NCBI GenBank assembly: GCA_964036045.1
Contig: OZ038379.1
Span: forward strand, 30,070,001-30,134,000
DNA from: Eutreptiella sp. 'Long Island Sound 2002'
Lineage: Eukaryota; Protista; Euglenida
Direction of reading: 5' to 3'
DNA: 64,000 nucleotides
Below, in pieces: positions 24,001 through 36,000 of the stretch (positions within the stretch are counted from its first letter, which is position 1; the number at the start of each line of letters is the position of its first letter). A program made the position numbers and the translations under genes. Under the pieces are notes generated by a model. The model saw nothing but the letters and a program-made list of their open reading frames with translations. It was not told where the DNA came from and did no database searches.

Positions 24001-27000
24001 TGTTCATTTCAGTGTGAGTGTCACATCGGATTCGCTGCTAATTGACTGGGGTCATGGCATCATGGTGGCCACCCCAGGAGAGCACATTTCGCAAAGCAAG
24101 TTCAGCTTGGAGTGGCTCCGGGCCAACTGCTATTCACCACATGCCCGAAAACAGAGATTGGATGCACTGCCAAGCGCTGTCTTGTGGTCTCATGATGATA
24201 AGAAGGTGTCATTTCCCCATCCCCTTGTGCCTGATTGATCAAGTCAGGGGGAAGGGGAGAACGGGTGTGTGGGGTGTGTGACAGGCAGGTAGGTAGGAAG
24301 GCAGGAGGGTCCAAAGCAGGCAGCCACGTAGGTAGGCAGGAGGCAGCCCCTTCATTTGACCCAACGTTTTTGAGGACTCTGCTCTACCAAACGTAGATAC
24401 GCCATATGTTGCGTGAGACCGTGCATTGCATGGCTACATGTCCCGAGGCAGTCTGTGGCGTGGTCCCTGAGGCTGTGTGCATCCCAACCCCACAGAGAGT
24501 GTAGCCAGTGTGCATCCCCAATATCCACTTCATGATTTTTAGAACCTCACGAAAGGCGTGCGGTATTCAGAGGATCAGGGGTATGCAAGGGACATGTTGA
24601 CAATCTTGGGGCAGTATGGAGCTGTGCTGCTGCATGGGGTGCCCCCCACATATGAGGGGCTCAACACTGTGGCTGGTCACATTGGGCATTGGAGGAGCAC
24701 TGTCTGGGGATCGGGTGTGTGTGTGCCCCACCTTCCATGCCCTGCAGAGCTGTAGAGGGAGAGGTGACGAGGTCTGCATACAGAGGCACTGCACTGAGAT
24801 TCCTGGGCACCTGAAAGCCACCCCGGACCGCTTCATGAATGATTTTGGCTCTGTGTGCAAGGTGCTCTCTTCTTTGATGACGTCACTCGGAATGGTAGAT
24901 CTAACAATCCTTGAATGTGATCCAACTGCTACACATGGCAGTTTTTCGTGCACAAAAAATAATCTTCCAAAAACAGTGGACACTCAAAAACAAAATCAAC
25001 ACTGGGAAAGCTCCTGAGCAGGGGTTTTTTTCGACAGCTACTACGTACCAGTAGAAGCAGTGACTCCTGGGAACAGTTTGCTGGGCTTTAAAATGTTTTG
25101 GTATTTAGGCTTCTTCTTTGTTTTGTCTAGCCGAGCGGGGCGGCTAGTTCGAACCCAGCCCCCCCCCCCTCCCTCCCTCAAAACCCCAAACGTTCTCCTA
25201 CCCGTCTTTCTGGCATTTGCCATTTTGGGGGAAACTGCCAAGAAGTTTTGAATGGGGTGATTTTTTTTCCACCTTATTGGTGTACACTCAAAATGCTCAA
25301 AATACATCGGGGATCTCAGGAGCAGTGCCAAATTCGCCTAGTTTAAGTGCTTCCGCGTCTTTTGGTGTCAATCAATAGCCGTCCTCACCTATTCTTCCGC
25401 CCCTACAATTTTTTCGCATTCCACCTGCTCACATTTCAAATATTCAAGTATCTGGTACACTCTTTCTCATGGCACCCATGAAAATGAAGCATGTGGTGCA
25501 CGCCGAGTATGCAGGCAAGTGTGGTATTACAATATCAATGGTGTCAGTGTTTACCAGCATGTGAATGGTACTGCCCATCGTGATGCAATGACCCGCCGCT
25601 TACAAGCCAACGGTGTGTACATTGTGTGCACCTACGACTGTGAATGTGGGGTTCGGCTTACCAACATTACCCAATTCCAAATTGATCAACACCGAGCAGG
25701 TGTGGGTTGTCGTCCGAAGGTTGGACGGTCAATGCAGCGTAGGGGACATGGGTGTGCAGCTTGTTCCGTGGGACTTTGCGTTGGATGGGTCCAATGCCCC
25801 GCAATTGGCGCCCGTGGAGCAACCCCGCCCCACGGGAATCCCGTATTTGCCGTACAGCCCCGAACAGTGGCCCGTACAGTGGGTTCTCAGAACAGAAATA
25901 GGCAATATTAGGCATTCATTTGTCTCTTTTTCCTGCCCTCCCCTATGCTCTTGACCAGACTATGCCTTGTAATGTATGCCACTCCAAGAATGCTGAAACT
26001 GTTGCTTTTTTGTCTTTGGCCGAGTCGGATCGTTGTACCCTTCGACAGAAGCATTCTGATTGTGCTGAAGATTGGGTTATTTGTGAACTGTGTGTCCGCC
26101 AAGCCCGCCCAAACCCTTTATTTGGGTCAACGTCCAGTCGGTCCGCTACTTCAACCAGTACTACTGCTGCTGCTACTAACGCTACTGATCCCGCAACAAG
26201 TTCAGCCACTATTACTGCCACGCGTGCTGTACCAGTGAAACCAGTGAAACCTTTACGCAAAGCAAAGAAAGAGAAGACATTGAAGACCATCACCGTGGAT
26301 GACCGTGTAGCAAAGTGTGGGAAGTATGGGTTGTACAACAACAATGGAGTTCTGACTTGTGGGCCCTGTGGACAAAGATTGGACTACACGAGGGACGACG
26401 TCATCACAACTCATATTACACGAGATGGTCATGACAGGAAATGTGCAGACCAAATTTCCCATGGAGCACAATACGTGTTGGCTGCAGGGTATGAGGAACG
26501 AGAAAAACTACGACAACACAAGGCAGCACAAGCCAAAGAACGAGCAGAACAACGGAGGAACCCTAGCCACAGCACCCGACCGTGGGACAAGGAGCGTGAA
26601 AAGAAATATCGGGCTCAGCTGACAACAGAAAACCGTGCAAAGCGTGAGGCTTTTCGAGAAGGGTCTGATGTCCGAGTTTGGAAAATCAATATATGAATTT
26701 ATCACCCACTTGCAGGTGGACATTGTTCCCAAAGGGAACTCAGGTGGACAATGTACCCCCATTGGCCATCGCCTGTTCATTAGGGTGATAGAGCCAGAGA
26801 GCAAACTGCAGAATTGGGCCCAAGATGTTGGGCTGGTCCTTGGTGTCAAACCATTGCTTGATATGATTCGAAACCCTGCATTGCGAGAGGCACATGTGAA
26901 CAGTTTGAAACGTGTTGCTCAAAAGGTTCTTGCTGTGATCGCCAAATACAAGGACAAGCAATTGCCTTTTTTTGATGAGCTGCGGGTGCTAGACCCCAGA

Positions 27001-30000
27001 CAAAGGTCAAGTATGTCCCAGGACCTCAGTTCTTACAACAATCTGTTTGATGCCAGCACCCAGCAGCTGTTGCAACGCTCTGGACAGTGGACCATCTATT
27101 GGAAACTGAATATTGTTGCTGGTGCTGATTTTAGTTTGTTGTGTTGGTGGGAGAACGCCTCCCTTTATATGGGTATGCCTGATTTGGCTGACCGTGCAAT
27201 CACTGCTTTAACTTTGCCAGTGACCACTGTTGCAGAGGGGTCATTCCGTATTATGAAGGGGCTCCTGACGGCCGACCGCCGGGGCATGTCTCATGACACG
27301 CAAATTGGATACCTTTTGGCCATGGTGAGTGGGGATGTCAATCACCGCATCCCACAATGGGCCCTTGTGTAGTGTTGCACTTTGTGCCTCAGGGTACACT
27401 ACCCAGCCGGCGAGTGGCTGGATTCAAAGATTTGTGGTACCCAGCTTTTTTGTTGTTGTTTGTGATTGTGTTCAATGCATGTCATGTGCACTTGTAATGC
27501 TGAAAAAGCGCAAGAAAAAGCGCCAGAAAAAGCGCCAGAAAAAGCGCCAGAAGCGTCAGAAAAAGCGCCAAAAAAGTACCCAGCTTTTTTGTTGTTGTTT
27601 GTGATTGTGTTCAATGCATGTCATGTGCACCTGTAATGCTGAAAAAGCGCCAGAAAAAGCGCCAGAAGCGCCAGAAAAAAGTGCCTGAAGCGGGTATTGA
27701 ACCCAGGACTCCTCAGCTGTGAGCGCATGCACGTACCAACTCGGGTATGACATGTCTCTGGTAACATAAGGCTTATTGGTGGTATACATTCTGAACATAT
27801 TTTGGTGATTGGGGTCACCAGGCAATGCCGTGCTGAGGGTTTTTTTTACCAAAAAAGTCCCGCCCCGCACAGTGGCCCGTACATTGGAAAATTTTTGCCC
27901 CGAACAGGGGGTGGTTTTTTTTCCACCTTATTGGTGTACACTCAAAATGCTCAAAATACATCGGGGATCTCAGGAGCAGTGCCAAATTCGCCTAGTTTAA
28001 GTGCTTCCGCGTCTTTTGGTGTCAATCAATAGCCGTCCTCACCTATTCTTCCGCCCCTACAATTTTTTTGCATTCCACCTGCTCACATTTCAAGTATTCA
28101 AGTATCTGGTACACTCTTTCTCATGGCACCCATGAAAATGAAGCATGTGGTGCACGCCGAGTATGCAGGCAAGTGTGGTATTACAATATCAATGGTGTCA
28201 GTGTTTACCAGCATGTGAATGGTACTGCCCATCGTGATGCAATGACCCGCCGCTTACAAGCCAACGGTGTGTACATTGTGTGCACCTACGACTGTGAATG
28301 TGGGGTTCGGCTTTCCAACATTACCCAATTCCAAATTGATCAACACCGAGCAGGTGTGGGTTGTCGTCCGAAGGTTGGACGGTCAATGCAGCATAGGGGA
28401 CATGGGTGTGCAGCTTGTTCCGTGGGACTTTGCGTTGGATGGGTCCAATGCCCCGCAATTGGCGCCCGTGGAGAACCCTATTTGTCCATCTGTTGATCTT
28501 CCTGCCCCTCGGAGGTGGATGAGGAGGTGCCACTTTGGTGAAGGGCCCATCAGTGCCCATGAAAATTTGTGGTGGTTGGCTTCCACCACCCTTGGCGAAC
28601 AGATTGTTCTACACCCATTATCCCTTCGCCATTCATCGCTCAGGTGGTGTGCCATTCCGTCCTTATGTTTCGTGGGTGCCGAGCTTTGAAACCGTCCACA
28701 ATCTGCATTGTTAGCTCAGCATCCCCAAGGGTGAGAAACGGTGCCCCCCGTGGTCTGCTGTGCCTGAGAACGAAGATTTGCGTGATGTGGTCAACCATGC
28801 TGTCACTACAAAGTCGGGCTTAAACTACTTTTGTTTGGGAATTGAGGTGTCGGCTGACTACATACATGACTAGTGGTGAGCATGTGACCGTAGTAGGTCA
28901 TGTACCATTAGCCTAGAGCGCAACATCATTTCTTTTCATAGGCAAGTGGATGTTGCGTCAAAGTTTGTGCTCAGCCTCCGGTTAGGGCAATACCAACTTA
29001 TCTGTCCATGTCTGGGTCGGCAGGTAGTACCTAGTTGCTCACTGCACTCGTACAATTGCAAGCGGCCCTCACCGAAGCAGAAAGTCATGCAGAAAACTGA
29101 AATTGCCGCACGTGAAGGCAAAAAATAAAGCAGCAGTAAGAAAAGCAGAGTCATGGGGAAACATAGAGCAGGGCTCAAGGCTCTAGTTCCCACAGAAGAT
29201 AGGTTGTATAGGGAAACTCCTTAGAAACAAATCTCGAGTCTAAAAGACCTCAACACCATGCTCATCTGGTGCCCTGAAGGTTGGATGCTCCTCCACGCCT
29301 TTCAATAGGCTGTACCTTCTCAATTCCCTTTTCTTGAAAGGGCATGAGCGGCCAAGGCAACCGTACAACCTCTTTGGCATCATCACCATAGTGGGTCAAT
29401 TTTGGGTGATGTGTGCAACGCCCTGAGGCGCTGCCCCCGGGCGTTGCATTTTGAGAAATAACGCCAGTATCAAGTTGGCTCCGTACGTGGCAACCGGCAG
29501 CAAGACAGAGCCCCTCAAATTATTGGTCTTTGCAAACACACCACCGGCAAGTGGCTCTACGAGGGGTTGCACAGCATACGTGCTGCCCTTGTTGACCCCG
29601 TGAAGGGCAGTCCACCTAGTAGCACAAGTACAGATTGTTGGGGTCTCGCGCCGTGCCCACGAGCAATATCACTTCATCCCTCTGTGTTTTGAGTTGAGTT
29701 CCAGTTGATTCGAAGTACGGACCCATCTACTTCATCAACTCTGATGCCGATTCTTACCGCAATGCATGCTTCAATGCCTTGCTGCGGGAAGCCCGTGTTG
29801 TGCATCCCACCCCAGGACCGCCCTACGACACCTCCCCTTGAAGTTTCCGGTACCCATTGCTGGAAATACCCAAGCTGATGGTGCCCTATCCGTTTTGTTA
29901 GGCAGGCTATGCCTGGGCCGCATACCCAATTGTTTGCAGGTGCCTCATCCCCCCCCCCCCTCTTCATGCCCCCCAAGGACCCCCCCCCTTTACCCCATGC

Positions 30001-33000
30001 ACTCCCCAGGCACCCTCCTAGATCCCCCCCCCCCCATCCTACCCTCAAAAGCTCTACACCACGGTTCAGTGTCAATATTCGAACATGCTGCCCCCCTCGC
30101 GTATGGCTTTCAATGAAATTTGATGTGTGTGCAAGCTACGTTGTTAAAGGAAGGTTTCTTTTCAGAATACAACGTTGTTGATCTAGACCTAGGTCCATAG
30201 GTGTCCCCCAAATCGGCCCCCCTATTGGGCTCCACTTGGCTGAGACCTTTGGGCCACCTCTTCGCAACGTGCGGACCTAAGACGGTTGCCACAAGGAGGC
30301 CCGGCACTACCACCATTTTTGCAAATTTTGGATGAAGAAAAAAAGTGGCGATGGTCATGCGGTGGGTGAAGTGTGGAGTGACACCCTCTTCCCCACCCTT
30401 TTGCCAAGGCCCCAACCCCCCGCGACATAGCCCACCCTTCTCCCCCTGGAGGCCCTAGGGGACCCAAGATAGTGCGGACCAGGCTGGTGTAGGCCTACTG
30501 AGCCGGGATTCCCGTAGTGTCCTTTGGTGACCACTGGGTTGCCTTGGGCCAAGGTTGGGTCATCATTGGGCGACAATGGGAGCACATAGAAATCCATGGG
30601 GAGCCGTGTAGCACCAATCAGGCCTAGCTATTGGAGTTTATGGGTCTGTGAAAGGGTTGTTGTCCGGCCACAATAGCCCATTACTATAGATGGATAGGCA
30701 CAACCCTGGGGCCACTTTGTGGTGGATTGTGAGGGGGCAAATTCTCTGTGAGCTCGACTTGCTGAAAGCAATAGAATTTGCTGAAGGAAGGTATCCTTTC
30801 AGAGCACAATGAGGAATGAGGCATTTTGGCAGCATTCATGTTCATTCATGCCCACTACTTTGTAGAGGTTATGTTCACGTTCGTTCAGGTGAATGCCGTT
30901 GTCTGCAGGCAGTGTTGCACTGCTCTGTTGCAATGGGGGGCCAGTAGCCTGCAGTTGTGTACATGGCCCCCGTAACCAACAGTGCTGGTCCCAGGTGCTT
31001 GCAGATCCCCTGAGTCCCTAACGACCCATGTGTATTCCCCAGATCAGCCTCCCGGTACCCCAGTGCCATGGAGCTGATTTGGGCATGTCGTGGGTTGACT
31101 GAGAAGTAGCGTCATTTACCGGTTGCAGCCCCTGTGCGCCGACTCAGACCCAGGTCCGAGCCAGAAAGGAGTAGACTCCCCCTCACTTCCTCATGGTACA
31201 ACTGCGATGTACAGTGCGCAAAGTGCATTGGCAGTGTGGGGCACAGGCTGTGTCTTCAGGGGTGAGGGGGAGGGGGGGCTGGGGGCAAAATTGCTCCCCA
31301 ACCTGTCGTGATATTTGGGTCCCATGCAGGATGGGGCGGGGGATGTTCGTTGTGAGATGAGTGGGGTCCATTCAGGCGATGCGACTCTTATCCGTGCAGC
31401 AGACTGAGCGTGCATCTGGGTGCGGCTTGTTGTGTTTTGGCACAGGCACATGGGACCTGGCTGCCACTACAAGTGAGGAGTCCGGCACCTACATCCCTGA
31501 TACAGGTATGTAGTGCACCGCCCTTTGTGGTTGCTTTGGGTGGGAATGATACTGAGGGCTCCTTGGAACCGAAATCTGAACCCTCGTCGGAGGGCCCTTG
31601 GGACCAATGCGTCCCTGATACAAACTGAGGTCGGAGTGGCAGTCATGGGCCTGTTCCTACCCCGACCCGCAGGAAGACCTCTCGCTGCCTTTGGTGGGAG
31701 TGGGTTCTGAGTGGGCCAGTTGCTGCGCCATGTGATGCGGGTGGGAGGGCGCCTGCGGCCGCTGGGTGTGTGAGCTGCTCGTCGGGGTCCTCGTTGGCGT
31801 TTCTTGGGGGGATTGTCCGTGTGACGCACGGGCAGTGGGCCGTGGACATGGGGCACCGGAGGGAGCCTGGGGCACCGAATTGTTGTCGGCGGGAGGGGTC
31901 CGGGGTGGGGGAGCGGCGCTTGCGCTGCTGGCGCCGCATGTCATGACCGGGGGTGCATGCCTGCTTGCCGGTGCATGTCTCGGCTCCGATGGGGGGCCTG
32001 TGATGCCCTGGTGGGGGACAGTGCGCGCTTCAGTCCACATCAGTGCCCCATTCCATCCCATGCCTCGCCACTCCAGCATCACAGTCTCGTCTGGTCTGGG
32101 CAGCGGCTCCACAATGCCCTGTGACCCCCCATTCCTGTCCCCATTTTCCGTACCTCAGCATATCTCAATGTGGAGCTCAAACCGCACGTCGACGGCTGCT
32201 ATTTTCATGACGTTCCTGGACTCCAGATCTTTCTCAGTACGCAGTCCGCTCCCGAAGGGGGCGCTACGTGGCTGTCCGATGGCTTCAGCGTTGCGGAGGT
32301 GTGCAGCACCATTCTGAAGGGCAGCGTCCGTTTGTCTTTTTGTCATTGTAAAACGCCCGCCCAACACAGGGCCCAGCGGAGACCAGGCAGTTGATGATAG
32401 CGAACTGGCGATCAGCTGCTGGCAGCAGTCGACTGCCTGCGGCGAGTCGCTTGGGCCGCTGGCAGAGTACTGCAGCGGGCAACGGCGCACCCCCGTCATT
32501 GGTTTGCAGCATCGGGGGCCTTGCGCGCATTGAGAACTACGGCGTCAAATGTGGCGGTGTGATGCATCAGAGAAGTCACTGCCCTTAGCACATTGACTGC
32601 ACACAAAGTGCCAAGGCCATGAAGCCTAACCCTTCCCAAAAAAAAGTGGTTGTTGGGCATGAGACTCACGTTGTGCCATCATGTGGTGCTGTCCAGTCCG
32701 GAGGGCCGCATCCGTGGCTCAGATGAGGCTTTCGGCGATGCATCGACATTCAGAAACAGGAAGAGGAGCCTGTTTTTTTTCCTCAAGGACCGTGACCCCC
32801 CCCCCCCCTTTTGCGCTTTGTACACCGTCAGGTTATGAGCCGTGCAACGGCCGCCGATGTGGAATCCTTGTGCCTGCCGTCTCTGTATCGTGCTACAGGG
32901 AGGGAGGGATGTACGTACTCCGGTGGTGGAGGGTAATTGGCGGGTTCGAATCGGATACGAACATCCCGATTCCAAGGTGGCTAACCACTGAATTTCCTGC

Positions 33001-36000
33001 TCCAGTGGTGGCCTCCGGGTTCGAACACGACCATTCTCAGGACCTCCTCAACGTGTCACTCAATAGGGTAGGCTGGGAATACAGTTTTATGCCTCTGACC
33101 ACTGATCTAGGGGAGTACCCTTTGTACACTGTCAGGGTGACCGTCGGTTACATGCCAACTGCTCGGGTACTTGCCAACAGCCGTCAGTTAACCACCAACT
33201 GCTGCTGACTTGTAGAGCCATGCAGAACCGCAACACAAATGAACAACCAGGCCCCCAACCAGCGGACATGCCCGTCGGCGATCCCTGGTTTGGAGAACAG
33301 GCACAAGCGCCCCAGGGCATGGTTTACTGCCATTGTGTGAGTGGGGCGGGTTGCATGCAGAAGCACGTATACCCTTTGGCATATTGGCATGTGGAGGGTT
33401 AGGAACCCTCCGCTGCGGTCATTGTCAGGAGCTTCGATTGACGAATCCGAGGGCATTCGAGTTCTTTTCCACGGTGCCTCTTCCATTCCACCACGTCACC
33501 GAGACTAGCTCTGTTTTGGCACACCACACGGTATTCCAGCGAGATGATCATGGACAAGGTGCCGGCTGCGTGTGCGTGCACAGTGTGTGCCCATGGCGTA
33601 TGCCTTTGACCTGAACAGGATCGTTAGCCTAGAACTGACCAGTGGTCGTGCCCCACCCACCCCCTTTGTCCTGCTCCGTGCGTCCATTGGGGCCCTTGCA
33701 CGTCGCTGGAGGTAATCGGAAGTGCTAGACTCAGTATACGGCGGAGCGACGTGCTCTTGAAGGCCGACGCCCTGGGGCCTGGGACCGCAGCAGGGTCCCA
33801 GGTCACGGGACGTGGGAGTTATCCTGGGCTCCGCAGCACTCGGAGGCTGACACAATGCGTCACAAGGGCACCCGGGAGGTATGAGGGCCATGAGGCATCT
33901 TTGCAGCAGGACATGGTCGTGCTGCGTGGGGACTGCCCGACAGAACAGTGCCAGTCGTCTTGTGGTCACATCTTGGAGACCGTTTGATCGCCTCATGAGA
34001 GTTTCATGTGCATACATTGCACTGTGTGCACCCCACCCCAATACTGCACATCACACCACACACCCCTTCTGAGTGACTCCTCGATGTGCCAGTGGAACTC
34101 ATTGGGGGCTCCACTGTGACATGTTGTTCAGGACATCTGCTGCACTGCGCCCTTGCACCACACAGCAGTACTAATGACTCAGGGCTATGCGGGCAGGGGA
34201 TTGCACGTTGCCTGCCCGTGTCGGCTAACAACTAGAAAACCACCACCTTTTCATAGAGCAGATTGTGTGCTCCATTGAGACCACTTCTAAACCACTGCAG
34301 CTACCGCAGGCCATGTCTGCAAGATGGCTGAGCAGCCTCAGTGAACGCCCCAGTGAATTTACTCTACGTCGGGTGGATAATTGGGAATTGGCTTCAGAGA
34401 AGGACTGGCGTGCAGCAATGGGTTTTCGTGTTTCAGTTTGGTTATTGGATACACCACCCTCACAGTACTGTGCAGTGCAGCAGCAGGGTACATAAGTGCC
34501 TCAGGAAGCACCCTTATTTGCTGGTCAGGTCCGCAATGGGACTGAAAATGGGACGTATTCTGGGAACCGATGCAACTAGAAACAGCTCAAGGCTGGGAAG
34601 CACAGGCAGCACTCCAACTGGTTGAATCCTACCCCTGGTACCCCCTTGTCCAGACACCGCCAATGTCGGCCGTCAGACTCAGACGGTTGCATTAATGGCC
34701 CCTACCAACAAGCCCCTCAATCCCTGTACTGTGCGCACCCCGTCACCTGTTGTCCTGCAAGCTGCAAAGTGTCGAAAAGAAATGCAATAAGTCATGCTGC
34801 CAAATCCCTCTTTTGGTAAGGCCACAACAAAAATGGATGAGTAATCACTCCCTTCTGCCGAGGCATGCAATTGACCTCAAAAAGGTGCTATTGGTTGTGC
34901 TGAAGCATACCAAAGGCTTGGCATCGTTGAGCTGCCGACGGGGACACCAAAAAATGTCCCACAACATGGAACAGAGATTCTGTTGATGACCTGTATTGAC
35001 AAGATATATGGCAACACTACACATAGCAAACAGAAAATGGGTGAAGGGTGAATGGGAGACGCACACACAGACACGCCCATACATATATGTTGCTTGGCCC
35101 CTTGGACTGGGTGGGAGGTTCCTATGTGCTATGTCTGTGCAGTGTTTGCTGCTTGTCATGGTCTGTGTGTGTGTGTGTGTGTATGTGCTCCGCTTGATAT
35201 GCGCTGGGGCCTGTGGGTTCATGTCTTTCTCCTGCCCTCCCAATTCATGCACTGCCAGACAGCTGGGGATGCCCAGGGGCTGGGATGGAAGGGGACTGCC
35301 GAGAAGTCTATCGCCCGGTGCACATGCCTTGCTTTGCTACCGCCAGCATTGTTGTTGAGGGTCATCGCATCGTGTGTGTGCGCACGTGTGCACCAATCGT
35401 GTTTGTTTGTGTGGGGCGGAGCAACGAACAGTGCTGGCCTACATCAACAGCCTTACAAAAGTTGTCTCAATGGCCATAGGTGCCCGTGGCTGTTTATCAG
35501 GTGAGTCTGTACGTAAAGCTCTGCATGTGCATGCTGACGTGCCACAGCTCTGTGCATCCGTGCAGTCATTGGCTTCTCATACAACAATGATGATCGTGCG
35601 GTGTTGAAAGATCTTCCAGAGAGAATTGTGGAGGAGTTTTACGAGCATTTGCCCACGTTGTTGCGACTCACCAGAGACCCAAAGTTCGGGTATGAGCGTA
35701 TGGGCCTCTGTGCAAGTCCAGCACCCAAGGGAAGGGCTTGGGTCAAGGGGCTGTGTGGGCGGCTCTGCAAGGCCTCAGCGTCTGCATGAGCACTATTTCA
35801 TTTGCTGTCGGGTTGCACAGTTGATGTGTGGGTGTCAGCCACAATGCAATGATTTCTGCAGTTGGGAAGTAAAATTACAGCCGGGGCAATTGATCATCGT
35901 CAACAACAGTCGGGTGATGCATGGCAGAAGAGCATTTCAAGGTGCCACAAGCGCTGTGTGTGTGCCTGTATTTGCCCGTCGCATGCAGTGTGTGGTGCAT

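Noticed and set aside
29200-29660. Minus-strand reverse transcriptase (THYGDD, HGVNKG)
   Set aside because: Spacing between the putative motifs is too long and the frames are riddled with stops; not supportable by eye.
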